A DNA stretch of 63,228 nt, filler included, from Octopus bimaculoides (lineage: Eukaryota): assembly GCF_001194135.2 (NCBI RefSeq). It is 8 parts of 6 records of this genome, joined end to end, with 100 filler letters (N's around TTAATTAATTAA, not from the genome) between each part and the next. Parts side by side here need not be neighbours in the genome. Positions count along the whole stretch, not along the records: positions 1 to 4,328 come from NC_069002.1; positions 4,429 to 11,066 come from NC_068994.1; positions 11,167 to 16,000 come from NW_026371065.1; 5 more parts are not named here. The stretch is one strand, 5' to 3'. The translations under genes and the position numbers were made by a program. The notes under the pieces were generated by a model that ran no database searches, was not told where the DNA came from, and saw nothing but the letters and a program-made list of their open reading frames with translations. Numbering within the stretch: the first letter of the stretch is position 1; each line of letters starts with the position of its first letter. Below, piece after piece: positions 1 to 13,307 of the stretch.

Positions 1-77
1 CTCTCTCTCTCTCTCTCTCTATCTTCCTATCTATCTATCTGTCTGTCTGTGTGTCTGTCTCTATCTGTCTGTGTGTC

Positions 78-108
<31 letters not shown>

Positions 109-115
109 ATCTCTT

Positions 116-162
<47 letters not shown>

Positions 163-278
163 GGCTCTCTCTCTCTATCTTCCTATCTATCTATCTGTCT
201 GTCTGTCTACCTGTCTACCTGTCTAGAAAGATTATGGGAGACGTAACTAGACTACTGCATAGACACATTGAGAAACTG

Positions 279-320
<42 letters not shown>
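1..320. repeat. Compound (CT)n/(CTAT)n/(CTGT)n microsatellite
   Basis: Direct reading; it explains the SLSL/ERER pseudo-ORFs. Confidence 0.95.
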
Positions 321-325
<5 letters not shown>

Positions 326-522
326 TCCCCAGTCGGATTTCTCGTTTGTCTCTTGGCATTTGATTCCCTTCAACGGCTCCTCACTANNNNNNNNNNNNNN
401 NNNNNNNNNNNNNNNNNNNNNNNNNNNNNNNNNNNNNNNNNNNNNNNNNNNNNNNNNNNNNNNNNNNNNNNNNNNNNNNNNNNNNNNNNNNNNNNNNNNN
501 NNNNNNNNNNNNNNNNNNNNNN

Positions 523-578
<56 letters not shown>

Positions 579-897
579 GAGTTAAAGGAGTAGAGGAAGA
601 CAGAGAGAAGCTGGAAAGCGAGTTAGCTTTGATGTGTGTGTGTCTCTTAGATCGGATTGCATTCCTTATTTGGTAAGCTTGGAGACAAACAACGGAAAGA
701 TATTTCCGTTCGTAACCTATCGTGGTGTCACTTCATCAGACTCCCTGCAATCAGTCGATGACGTATGACAGCTGTACCTATTTATATACACTCGCACGCG
801 TGTTGCCACTATGTATACACACATGTTCGTATGTATGTATATATATTCGTATGTAAGCTTGTACGTTTATGCATACATACGTATTTAGTGAAGCTAG

Positions 898-1030
898 GGT
901 GGCCCTGTGGTTAGGTTGTTTGGCCCACGATCGGACGTTCATGAGTTCAATTCCTACACTGCGCTGAGTATTGTATTCTTGGGCAAGCCTCATCATTTCA
1001 CCTTGCTGTAAGTACCAACTGAGTACTCCA
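898..1030 (+). mobile_element. tRNA-derived SINE family C, 5' fragment
   Basis: A-box-like TGGCCCTGTGG, B-box-like GAGTTCAATTCC, then TTCTTGGGCAAG central motif shared with 56921-57245. Confidence 0.6.
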
Positions 1031-1160
1031 TCCACCCCATTCTAAATTGTCCACTGGGTCACATACACCCCAAAAGGCTACATAAACAAAAAACACGGCC
1101 ATACTGGGGCACCGCCATAGAGAATTTTTAGTTGAACGAATCAATTCCAGTGTTATTCTC

Positions 1161-1222
<62 letters not shown>

Positions 1223-1507
1223 NNNNNNNNNNNNNNNNNNNNNNNNNNNNNNNNNNNNNNNNNNNNNNNNNNNNNNNNNNNNNNNNNNNNNNNNNNNNNN
1301 NNNNNNNNNNNNNNNNNNNNNNNNNNNNNNNNNNNNNNNNNNNNNNNNNNNNNNNNNNNNNNNNNNNNNNNNNNNNNNNNNNNNNNNNNNNNNNNNNNNN
1401 NNNNNNNNNNNNNNNNNNNNNNNNNNNNNNNNNNNNNNNNNNNNNNNNNNNNNNNNNNNNNNNNNNNNNNNNNNNNNNNNNNNNNNNNNNNNNNNNNNNN
1501 NNNNNNN

Positions 1508-1559
<52 letters not shown>

Positions 1560-2475
1560 GTACGAGATCTGCGCATATATATATGTATTTGTATGTATGT
1601 AGGAACGTACGCGTGCATGTATCTATGTATGCATATATGCATGAATACATGTATGTATCTATGTACGTGCATGTATGTGTATATGTATAAATGTTACGGC
1701 CATTAAATGACACTAAATTTTTATAATTTTGCGTTGACAAAGATTTCATATTACATGAATTGTGATAACGGATTGAAAGCTTTTCTATGATTCCAACATG
1801 GCGGATTTCCTCAACCGTGTGATACTGAGCCACCATCTTTATTCATTTCTGTCTATCTCGAATTTCCCACACTCTGTCATCTCCGTCATCTCACTCTTTT
1901 CACCTAAGTTGATGACATCACCACGACAACGTGAAGTGGCTAAATCCACTTTGACGAAAAACGCAGTAGTGTTTTATGTACCACTCGCGAATATACTCCT
2001 CCTCTTATACATCCACTTTGACCAGCATAATTTTCAAACACCTGGCATGACTTGACAAATAACGAACGGCTTAGCTAGTGTTTTATATACATACCGTCAT
2101 TCACCACCATTCTCTTGTTATTCTGTTCTTAATAATAGTGAATTCAAACAGTATTCGAGTTTGGTTTTGAATCTCAGTTTATCCTCTTTATTCGACGTTA
2201 ACAACAGTTTGTTTAACTGTTGCTTACCTATTACGAAGTTCTTAAAGTTTCTAGTCAGCGATGACCATGCATAATTTTTGTTATTTTCGAAGCCATCAAC
2301 ATTTTATGACCTTAGATTTATTAATTAAACATTTTATGATATTTCTTATAGATGGAAATAATTACATTGAGGGAGAAATTCATGGAATGTGTTTTTTTGT
2401 TTTTGTTCTTCATAGAGTGATAGTAATTTAGCAGTCCAAGGTAACAATACGCAAACAAGCAACTACATTACATAA

Positions 2476-2509
<34 letters not shown>

Positions 2510-2595
2510 GCGCACGCAGCACATTCGAATCCGACAGGCTTCCATTCAGTTTCCATCTACCAAATCTCAGTCGAGGTTTGGATCAACCGGAAAAT

Positions 2596-2802
2596 ATTCT
2601 TTTCTGCTTTAGGCACAGGGCTCAAAATTTTGGGGGGAGGGGGGCCCACTCGATTAGATCGACCCCAGTATGCAACTGGTACTTATTTTGTCGACCCTGA
2701 AAGGATAAGTCGACCTCGGCAGAATTTGAACTCAGAATGTAAAGACAGACGAAATACCGCTAAGGATTGCGCCCGGCGTGCTAACGTTTCTGCCAGCTCG
2801 CC
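2596..2802 (-). mobile_element. tRNA-derived SINE family A, full length
   Basis: Reverse complement reads GAGCTGGCAGAAACGTTAGCACGCCGG...GAGTTCAAATTC..CCGAGGTCGACTT..., matching more than 15 other copies in the window. Confidence 0.9.
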
Positions 2803-3090
2803 AATTTCAACCCAAAACTATTGAAGAACACACTTAGGCAAGGTGTCAACCACTTGGATCCCACACATGTATCCACACGATTGCAAGCAAATTCTTCACC
2901 AACGCATAACTGTTTCGAAGTTATAATTGTCTACTCTCAAGTGTTTAATTTCATAATTTTTATTTTTCTCTAAAGTCATGAATTCTATTAAAACCATTTC
3001 CTTCCAGTTCACTTTTTGTTACTCCATTTTCTTTCTAATCTTTAATTTATTCTTCTCAATACCACTGTCTATATCGGTCTGGATATTTTA

Positions 3091-3548
3091 GTGGAGGCGT
3101 GACTGTGTGGTTAAGAAGTTCGCTTCCCAATCTTATAGTTTCCGGATCAGTCTCGCTGCGTGGCATCTTGGACAGACGCCGTCTACTATAGTACTGAGCC
3201 GACCGAAACATTGTAAGGGGATTTCGTAGACGGAAACTGAAAGAAGCCTTCCATATATATGTGTATATATTTATTTGTGTGTGTGCATGAGTGTACTTGT
3301 GTTTCCTAGTCTAGACACCGTATGGTAGTTGTAAACGAGCTTCACCGTCATATAAGCGTCGTTTTACTTTTCCTTTCTACTGTGAAAACACGTCCAGATA
3401 TGAAAAAATATTGCCTTACTTGGAAACTGGCGACGATGGTTGTCGACACGAAGGGCATCCAGTCATAAAAATTTGTCTCGTCAAATTCTGATTCATGCAA
3501 GCATAGAAACGTGGAAGTTTAAAACGGCGACGACGGCCATGATGATGA
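3091..3548 (+). mobile_element. SINE family B head with an alternative 3' tail ending in (GAT)n
   Basis: Head ...GTAGACGGAAACTGAAAGAAGCC matches 39908-40070; 3' part (GAAGGGCATCCAG...ATGATGATGAC) differs from the other B copies. Confidence 0.7.
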
Positions 3549-3989
3549 CATTTTGCAATCCAATATTCGATAATCTATCTTCTTGAAATCCATTCTTTAA
3601 CCTTTCTTATTGCCTTACTATTTGTGGAGGATTTATTTTATATTCTATTTTTTGTTCTTATTCCAATTTCAAACATTCAAAACATTTATCCTCTCAAATT
3701 CCAACCATCTTTTTCTTATTCTTATTCTTAAGCGGCATTTTGTAGGCGGATAAAGACCTTTGCATGACAAATCCTTTCGGTATCCTGCCGAACGAAGATA
3801 GAAATTTCTCTTTTAGTAACCATATTGTCAGTGTTAGTCTTATCCGATTCACCGAAAGATTTTTCAATATAAAATCCTGGCTAAGGCGGATTTAAGGATG
3901 AAATAGTTCAATGATGCTGGACTAGATTAAAGAGAAAATGTCCAGAATATTCCGTTTCATTTAGATTCAATATATTAACTATATATCCT

Positions 3990-4029
<40 letters not shown>

Positions 4030-4257
4030 ATTTACACATAAAAAGACGTATTATTCTTTCATATGGCTGCAACAGTGATGGAGCGCAATGAATAGAAAAG
4101 CTTGTCATTTGTAGAATAAAAATACAAAACAAAATGTCTGCCTGTCATCGGAACAAAAAGTAAGTTGGACGTTTCGTTCAATTACAGTGAAACCGAATGA
4201 TGCGTTTTATGAGCAGCAAATTGGCCGTGACGTTCGATACTCGAAAGGTTGTCTTAC

Positions 4258-4328
4258 CCTTTACTTACTTCAGTCATTAGATTGCGGCCATGCTGGGGCA
4301 CCGCCTTCAAGAATTTTTGGTCAAATGA
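4258..4328 (-). mobile_element. SINE family B 3' fragment, cut by scaffold end
   Basis: CAGTCATTAGATTGCGGCCATGCTGGGGCACCGCC motif shared with 10665-10705, 12842-12880 and 34045-34080. Confidence 0.85.
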
Positions 4329-4428
4329 NNNNNNNNNNNNNNNNNNNNNNNNNNNNNNNNNNNNNNNNNNNNTTAATTAATTAANNNNNNNNNNNNNNNN
4401 NNNNNNNNNNNNNNNNNNNNNNNNNNNN
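4329..4428. other. Artificial scaffold-joining spacer (44 N + TTAATTAATTAA + 44 N)
   Basis: 12-mer at 4373-4384 gives stops in all six frames and has exactly 44 N on each side; identical construct occurs 7 times. Confidence 0.97.
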
Positions 4429-4534
4429 TATATATATATATATGTATGTATGTATATATGTATATGTACTAACACAAACATTTATACATAAATATGTATA
4501 TTTGTGTGTATCTGTGAGCAAGATGTAGGAAGAG

Positions 4535-4568
<34 letters not shown>

Positions 4569-4707
4569 GGAAGCATGACATGTTCTCGTTTGACTGTAAT
4601 GTTAAATATCCAACACCCTACACTGCACATTCATTGACTTCTAAACGCATATTATGGACTGCTAAGCTTTTCCACTATATCTACAGAGACAACTACACAC
4701 ACATACA

Positions 4708-4755
<48 letters not shown>

Positions 4756-5824
4756 NNNNNNNNNNNNNNNNNNNNNNNNNNNNNNNNNNNNNNNNNNNNN
4801 NNNNNNNNNNNNNNNNNNNNNNNNNNNNNNNNNNNNNNNNNNNNNNNNNNNNNNNNNNNNNNNNNNNNNNNNNNNNNNNNNNNNNNNNNNNNNNNNNNNN
4901 NNNNNNNNNNNNNNNNNNNNNNNNNNNNNNNNNNNNNNNNNNNNNNNNNNNNNNNNNNNNNNNNNNNNNNNNNNNNNNNNNNNNNNNNNNNNNNNNNNNN
5001 NNNNNNNNNNNNNNNNNNNNNNNNNNNNNNNNNNNNNNNNNNNNNNNNNNNNNNNNNNNNNNNNNNNNNNNNNNNNNNNNNNNNNNNNNNNNNNNNNNNN
5101 NNNNNNNNNNNNNNNNNNNNNNNNNNNNNNNNNNNNNNNNNNNNNNNNNNNNNNNNNNNNNNNNNNNNNNNNNNNNNNNNNNNNNNNNNNNNNNNNNNNN
5201 NNNNNNNNNNNNNNNNNNNNNNNNNNNNNNNNNNNNNNNNNNNNNNNNNNNNNNNNNNNNNNNNNNNNNNNNNNNNNNNNNNNNNNAACCCTCTGGCACA
5301 CACCACATTCAAACGTGTGCACAGACATATAATCAGAATAGCTGGGTGAGGTTTGTTTTCCATGGGTTCGCAGGTGAGATTTGAGTCCATGTATGTATAT
5401 AGGTGAATTGACAATACATACATACATACATATATACATACATGCATATGTATGTACGTACGTACATACATACATACATACATAAAGATAGAGAGAAATA
5501 TTCGCAACGATGTGAATCATTTGGGTGCGAACAAAGAACAGCTAACGAAATGGCCTGATATCAGCGTCTATTCGTCTCTTCTGTAGCTCTTGTCCAGTGT
5601 CTGATGTTAAGTGTACTGTATAGAAAATAGCAGAGAATTTAGGCCACTAGTACAACACACACACACACACACACACACACATGCACGCAAACATGCATGC
5701 ACATTGCAGTAAAGTGCATCATAGTGCTTATATAGTTCGTACATAGATACAAATTTGCAGGAAACCGAAAATATGCAAAAACCTAGTTGGTGCTTATAAT
5801 ATATATATACGACATACAGCTACA

Positions 5825-5889
<65 letters not shown>

Positions 5890-7627
5890 NNNNNNNNNNN
5901 NNNNNNNNNNNNNNNNNNNNNNNNNNNNNNNNNNNNNNNNNNNNNNNNNNNNNNNNNNNNNNNNNNNNNNNNNNNNNNNNNNNNNNNNNNNNNNNNNNNN
6001 NNNNNNNNNNNNNNNNNNNNNNNNNNNNNNNNNNNNNNNNNNNNNNNNNNNNNNNNNNNNNNNNNNNNNNNNNNNNNNNNNNNNNNNNNNNNNNNNNNNN
6101 NNNNNNNNNNNNNNNNNNNNNNNNNNNNNNNNNNNNNNNNNNNNNNNNNNNNNNNNNNNNNNNNNNNNNNNNNNNNNNNNNNNNNNNNNNNNNNNNNNNN
6201 NNNNNNNNNNNNNNNNNNNNNNNNNNNNNNNNNNNNNNNNNNNNNNNNNNNNNNNNNNNNNNNNNNNNNNNNNNNNNNNNNNNNNNNNNNNNNNNNNNNN
6301 NNNNNNNNNNNNNNNNNNNNNNNNNNNNNNNNNNNNNNNNNNNNNNNNTATACAAGCAGTATGTACATAAATAAAAACATACTTACACACTCATATATAC
6401 AGTCATACACATACAGTCACACGAGTACTACATAGCTACACACATATATATAGAAATACATACGTACTTACGTTTAGGGTGGATAGATGGCCTTGGTTTG
6501 CCTGTGACTTTGAGCCATCCCGTTTCTTTAATCGTTCAAATAACAGCGATTTGATGACATGGGATTGCGAGGAAGAAGTCCTGGCCAAACCAACTGAAGA
6601 ATAAATACTCAATGAAGCAAGGTTTGTTTTAGCGAAAGAAAGGATTTGTCCGTTTGCTTCTCTTTTCATTCCTTTGGCAATGTTAGATCAGATCTTCATG
6701 TGAAATAGGAGACTTGTACAAACTTATACGGTTTCTGCAAATGTAACAAACGCAATACGGGCGGGTGTGCGTGTGTGCATGTGTGCGTGTGTGTGCGAAT
6801 GCGTAAGTTTGGGAGTGTGGAAGTTGGTGTGTGTGAATGCGTTATGTGAGTGTACGTGTGTGAGTGAGTGTAGGCGTGTGCGTGCGTGTATATATTTGTG
6901 AAGGTTTGTGTGTATGAGTGTTAGAGAGAGAAAGTGTGTATAAGTATGTGTGAGTTTACGTGTGTCTATGTGTATGTATGGTTGTATGTATGTATGAGTG
7001 TGTATGTATGTCAGTATGTGCGCGTGCATGCGTGTGTGTAAGTGTTTGTGTGTGTATGCAAGTGTGTGTGTGTGTGTGCGTGTATGTGTGTGTGTGTGTG
7101 TGTGCGTGTGTGTGTGTGTGCGTGTGCGTGTGTATGTGTGGTGATATACAAAACCCATTTACTCCTACGGAATTGTTTCGGGTATTTTCAAAATGTCGTT
7201 TCGTTCGGCCAACAATTCTTTAAATGTTGTTGGTCTTGCCGTTGTTTTTACCGTCTACATCGTCGATGTTACAGTTATTCTTGTTCTTGCTGTCGTTGTC
7301 TCATCTGTCGTTGTGTTAACGCTTCACAAAATGGATAAATAGACGAGAATTGCCTTGTGACAAGTGTACGGTTCCTGGCAGTCCTATATTCTGTATATTG
7401 ATGCATAATGTATAACTCTTTACAAGTTTTGGTTCCCCAATTTCCAGCATCTTTGTCAATTATTCCCAACCTACCATTTCTTATAGGGGTAAGATTTTCT
7501 GAGATTAGTACCAAGTACTTATTTTCGGGTCTTTATATTTTGATGACGTCTTTTCTATGCTTAACAACAACAACAACAATCACAACAATACCCAGAAAAT
7601 ACACAAGAAGAAGCCGACAACTTGATC

Positions 7628-7790
7628 AATTAGATCAACCCAGTACGCAGCTGGTACTTGATTTATCGACCCCCGAAAGGATGAAAGGCAAAGTCGACCT
7701 CGGCGGAATTTGAACTCAGAACGTAAAGACAGACGAAATACCGCTAAGCATTTCACCCGACGTGCTAACGTTTCTGGTAGCTCACCGCCT
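7628..7790 (-). mobile_element. SINE family A
   Basis: GGCAAAGTCGACCTCGGCGGAATTTGAACTCAGAACGTAAAG...GAAATACCGCTAAGCA core. Confidence 0.9.
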
Positions 7791-8164
7791 TTCGGTAAAG
7801 ACATATTTGATGGAATATGTGCGAAAAGATTACGGTTGTCTCCCTTCACGCAGCAAAAGCGAGGCTTTTGCAAAGGCTCGGAGTAAAGACATTTATGGCG
7901 TTCCACGGGTTAATCAACGTTAATTTTAACACTAATTAATCACTCACACAATTATACGTACTCTCATATACATACATACAGACACATACATACACATCTA
8001 TCTTCACTGTTAGTCTATTTATTATGTAATTTTATGACTCGGTTCAATGTAGGTCGTATGCATGTGTGGACATGAATGTATATGTGCGTGTCTATGTGTG
8101 TGTGGACATGCGTGTATATGTGCGTGTGTATGTGTGTGGACATGCGTGTATGTGTGCATGTCTA

Positions 8165-8166
<2 letters not shown>

Positions 8167-8241
<75 letters not shown>
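8167..8241. repeat. (TG)n microsatellite
   Basis: Perfect dinucleotide run. Confidence 0.95.
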
Positions 8242-8243
<2 letters not shown>

Positions 8244-8955
8244 AGTGAATGAGTAGGGAGAGCTCTTTCGTTTTCAATATTTAATACCATGGATTTCTTT
8301 AAATAATATGGATAACCAGTCTTAGAAATTGCACTTAACTGGACTCTTTGATCTTCTCTGTCATTTATACTGCTCAAACCATCCATACACATACACACTC
8401 AGTGTGCTCTCTACGTCCTTTCTTGTCATGCAATAAACACACACAAATACACATGCGTACACTTATATGTCTCTATGTTTGTATGTATATGTATGCAACA
8501 TGTCGTGTGTCCAGGCGTGTATGTGTGTGAGTCTGTATGCGCTTATGTATATCGATTTGCTTAGCTTTGTTAATGTCTGGTCAAGTTAAATTCTGCACTC
8601 CATGACCGATATANNNNNNNNNNNNNNNNNNNNNNNNNNNNNNNNNNNNNNNNNNNNNNNNNNNNNNNNNNNNNNNNNNNNNNNNNNNNNNNNNNNNNNN
8701 NNNNNNNNNNNNNNNNNNNNNNNNNNNNNNNNNNNNNNNNNNNNNNNNNNNNNNNNNNNNNNNNNNNNNNNNNNNNNNNNNNNNNNNNNNNNNNNNNNNN
8801 NNNNNNNNNNNNNNNNNNNNNNNNNNNNNNNNNNNNNNNNNNNNNNNNNNNNNNNNNNNNNNNNNNNNNNNNNNNNNNNNNNNNNNNNNNNNNNNNNNNN
8901 NNNNNNNNNNNNNNNNNNNNNNNNNNNNNNNNNNNNNNNNNNNNNNNNNNNNNNN

Positions 8956-9011
<56 letters not shown>

Positions 9012-9367
9012 TGTTAGCTAACTTATGTAAAATATGGAGTGAGAGATGAATACCAACACAACAAGACCAAGTTCAGAGATGATTTAATGCAAATTATATT
9101 ACAATATGTAAATATCTGAAATTTCAAATAAACATAATATTCTATATTTTAACTGTTTCATTATCATGCACAGTGTACATTTTATGTCCGATAAACATAT
9201 TTACCTTTCACTATGACAGCAGGGGACCACGAACGATTGTGTTTATATATCCATATAAAATATAGGTCTGCATATATAAATATATATATGCTATAAATAT
9301 TTATGCATATGTTATATAATGCCCACAGAGATACATACGCACACACAACTGCAATAGGATACACACA

Positions 9368-9411
<44 letters not shown>

Positions 9412-10257
9412 TATGTGTATAGTTATATACGATCTGTTTTTTTTGCTGTGTGTATCTGTGTGTATTATGTATAGGAGCTTATATATATATACATAATATA
9501 TACATACATACATAGTATATATTTATATATATGTGTATGTGTGTATGTCTGTATGTGCGTGTAATTATATATGTATATAAACTCATATATATATATATAT
9601 ATATATANNNNNNNNNNNNNNNNNNNNNNNNNNNNNNNNNNNNNNNNNNNNNNNNNNNNNNNNNNNNNNNNNNNNNNNNNNNNNNNNNNNNNNNNNNNNN
9701 NNNNNNNNNNNNNNNNNNNNNNNNNNNNNNNNNNNNNNNNNNNNNNNNNNNNNNNNNNNNNNNNNNNNNNNNNNNNNNNNNNNNNNNNNNNNNNNNNNNN
9801 NNNNNNNNNNNNNNNNNNNNNNNNNNNNNNNNNNNNNNNNNNNNNNNNNNNNNNNNNNNNNNNNNNNNNNNNNNNNNNNNNNNNNNNNNNNNNNNNNNNN
9901 NNNNNNNNNNNNNNNNNNNNNNNNNNNNNNNNNNNNNNNNNNNNNNNNNNNNNNNNNNNNNNNNNNNNNNNNNNNNNNTATATATATGTATATGTATATA
10001 TATATGTGTATGTATGTCTGTGTATGTGTGTGTGCGGGTAATTATATATATATATATATATATATGCATGCGGCAGTGCTCCGATGATGCTTCGCTCGTT
10101 AATTAACAACCGCATAACACAAAAATTTCACTGTAATATCGATCTAGAATCGAACTGGTTTAAATACCAATTTACTCCCCAATAAATACGAAACAAGTAA
10201 CACTAAAGAACCTCAGATGGCATCGAGATGAAAAGCCGAAGAATTTGCTTGTGTAAG

Positions 10258-10512
10258 TCAATTACATCGACCCAGTATTCGACTGGTATTTATTTTAAAG
10301 ATCTCGAAATGATAAAAGGCAAAGTGGACGTCGGTGGAATTTGAACTCCGAACGTAAAAACCAACGAAATGTCCCTCAGCGTTGTGTTCTTGAGCAAGAC
10401 ACTTTATTTCACGTTGGTCCAGTCCAATCAGCAGGTAAATATGAGTAGTACCTGTAATTCAAAAGAGGTCAGTCTGGTCACGCTCAATCTCTCTGAATAC
10501 TACGCTAAGAGT
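10258..10512. mobile_element. Adjacent SINE fragments: family A (-, 10258-10370) and family C (+, 10378-10512)
   Basis: A core GGCAAAGTGGACGTCGGTGGAATTTGAACTC; C core GTTGTGTTCTTGAGCAAGACACTTTATTTCACGTTG. Confidence 0.75.
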
Positions 10513-10651
10513 CGATTTCTTCATGTTTGCAGTCAAATGACACAAACAAGTGAAAGAATGTATATATATATATGTGTGTGTGTATGTGAGTGTATGTGTA
10601 TATGTGTGTATGTATGTATATGTGTATGTATGTGTGTGCATATATATATAA

Positions 10652-10857
10652 TATTCTTTTACTTGTTTCAGTCATTTGACTGCGGCCATGCTAGAGCACC
10701 ACCTTTAGTCGAATAAATCGACCGCAGGACTATTCTTTGTAAACTTTGTACTTATTCTAACGTTCTCTTTCGCCGAATCGCTATATAACAGGGGCGTAAA
10801 CACACAAACATCGGTTGTCAAGTGATGGTGAGACGATAAACACAGACACACAAATAA

Positions 10858-10894
<37 letters not shown>

Positions 10895-11058
10895 TATATA
10901 TATACATGACAGGCTTATTTCATTTTCCGTCTACCAAATCCACTCACAAGGCTTTGGTCGGCCCGAGGCTATAGTGGAAGATACTTGCCCAAGGTGAAAC
11001 GCAGTGGGACTGAACCCAGAACCATGCAGGCTTCTTACCACACAGCCACTCATCCGCC
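10652..11058 (-). mobile_element. SINE family B, full length, with internal (CA)n/(TA)n
   Basis: tRNA-like head at the 11058 end (TGGCTGTGTGG...GGGTTCAGTCCC), CTTGGGCAAG central domain, internal microsatellite 10855-10905, 3' GCATGGCCGCAGTCAAATGACTGAAACAAG. Confidence 0.9.
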
Positions 11059-11066
11059 TATATATA

Positions 11067-11166
11067 NNNNNNNNNNNNNNNNNNNNNNNNNNNNNNNNNN
11101 NNNNNNNNNNTTAATTAATTAANNNNNNNNNNNNNNNNNNNNNNNNNNNNNNNNNNNNNNNNNNNN
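11067..11166. other. Artificial scaffold-joining spacer
   Basis: TTAATTAATTAA at 11111-11122 with 44 N each side. Confidence 0.97.
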
Positions 11167-11247
11167 ATTAATTAATAAATTGATAATCCTTTACCCTTTT
11201 AATTTTATATATATATGTATGTATAAGCATTACCTCTATCTATCTAT

Positions 11248-11310
<63 letters not shown>

Positions 11311-12048
11311 CATATATGTATATATCATATACATACCTATACATACATACATACATACATACATACATACATACATACATACATACATGCACTAGCAGTA
11401 CCCGCAGTTATTTTCAAAATTATTAAATATTGAAATGAGGAATGTGGAACCACCCGATCCAAGGAACGCTGGTATTCAGCATGTTGGATGCAAACTATTT
11501 TGGCAAATGAATCTTATTGAATCAATGGCGAATACCACTCGATGTTGATCGGATGAACAGACAACAATCGTTATGATTTTATAGCGAACCATGAAACATA
11601 TAATTTCTTTTGAAACTGTATTTTGTTTGAGGCATTTGATTCTTTAAATGGTGTAGAAGGCAACATAGGCAGTACTGGATCGACAGTCGCAGGTGACTAC
11701 ATCAGTGAAAACTACATTATTTGTCATCGCTTCTACCTTGAGAGTTATCTATTATTTTTCACTTTACATCAAGAAGTAAACTGTCGTAACTATGGAATGA
11801 AATCAAAGACATAATCTGTCGTACTAGGATATTCTGCGACTGTACGATAACGTTCAGTAAAAAAAATGCTCATGCACTTTATTGCATTCTTATTTTCATT
11901 TAGAGTAAAGTTCATATGACTAGACTTGAACCCACAGTCCCATTGAATGAAGTATAGCAGCTATGGCTTATCAAAAAAATTTAAAAAAAGAAGAAAAACG
12001 CATAGGTTTAGGCGCCCGCAAAACTATGCATGGTTAATTGAGACCGCA

Positions 12049-12101
12049 ACCTGTTCACTGACAAAATTCCGTACAGCACAGAATTTTGTCAGTGAACAGG
12101 T
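12049..12101. repeat. Perfect 21-bp inverted repeat with 11-nt loop (extendable to 12038-12112)
   Basis: ACCTGTTCACTGACAAAATTC / GAATTTTGTCAGTGAACAGGT; further GACCG/CGGTC and TTG/CAA pairing. Confidence 0.95.
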
Positions 12102-12219
12102 CACGGTCACAAAGCGACGAAAATATTTTGGCAAATTAAATTTAAATATTGAAGTGAATCTAACGGTTTTTGTGTGTTTTAAAATGGCTTATAAACACCT
12201 TCCACGCTGCAATTGTTTT

Positions 12220-12254
<35 letters not shown>

Positions 12255-12839
12255 AGAGAGAGGAAGGGAGAGGAGAGAAAAGAGTGTGTATTTATGGTGT
12301 GTCACTTAAAACCAGTGACGTTGTTGGTGTACAATTAACAATTAGGTAGCGGTTCGACAAATATACATTGATAAAAAAAATACAAATTTCAAAGATAATT
12401 ACTTGGTTTGATATGCTCGACTGAACTCTTGAAAGTGGTGCTCCAGTATGACCACATTCTAATAACCAGTAAGAGACTAAATAAACACAAATATATAAAT
12501 ACCGTCACTTATTTATATTATTTAGTATCAGCAGTCACCGGGAGCTACACCCAAGCTTTTAATTACCCTTCACATATNNNNNNNNNNNNNNNNNNNNNNN
12601 NNNNNNNNNNNNNNNNNNNNNNNNNNNNNNNNNNNNNNNNNNNNNNNNNNNNNNNNNNNNNNNNNNNNNNNNNNNNNNNNNNNNNNNNNNNNNNNNNNNN
12701 NNNNNNNNNNNNNNNNNNNNNNNNNNNNNNNNNNNNNNNNNNNNNNNNNNNNNNNNNNNNNNNNNNNNNNNNNNNNNNNNNNNNNNNNNNNNNNNNNNNN
12801 NNNNNNNNNNNNNTTTTTTTTTTTTTTTTTTTTTTTTTT

Positions 12840-13183
12840 GTTTCAGTCATAAGAGTGCGGCTATGCTGGGATACCGCCTTGAAGAATTTTTTGTCGAATG
12901 AATCGACCCCAGAACTCTTTTTTTATGAGCCTGATAACTATTCTATCAAACCGTTAAGTTACTGGGACATAAACATACCATCCGCGGTTGTCAAGCGGTG
13001 GCGGGCGACAAACACAAACACAACCAGCTTCTTTCAGTTTCCGTCTGCCAAATCCACTCACAGGGCTTTGGTTGGCCCGAAGCTACAGTAGAAGACACTT
13101 GCCCAAGGTGTCGCGCTGCGGGACTGAACCTGGAACCATGTAGTTGGGAAGCAAGCTTCTTACCACACAGCCACGCCTGCGCC
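12840..13183 (-). mobile_element. SINE family B, full length, internal microsatellite not expanded
   Basis: Colinear with 10652-11058 (CAAATCCACTCACA.GGCTTTGGT.GGCCCGA.GCTA.AGTAGAAGACACTTGCCCAAGG). Confidence 0.9.
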
Positions 13184-13275
13184 AATATATAGAACATCTT
13201 AGCATTCTTTTTATATTCTTGTGCCGAAATAATTATTTTATATACGAAGATGCAATTCAAAAACTCTTTACGCCT

Positions 13276-13307
<32 letters not shown>

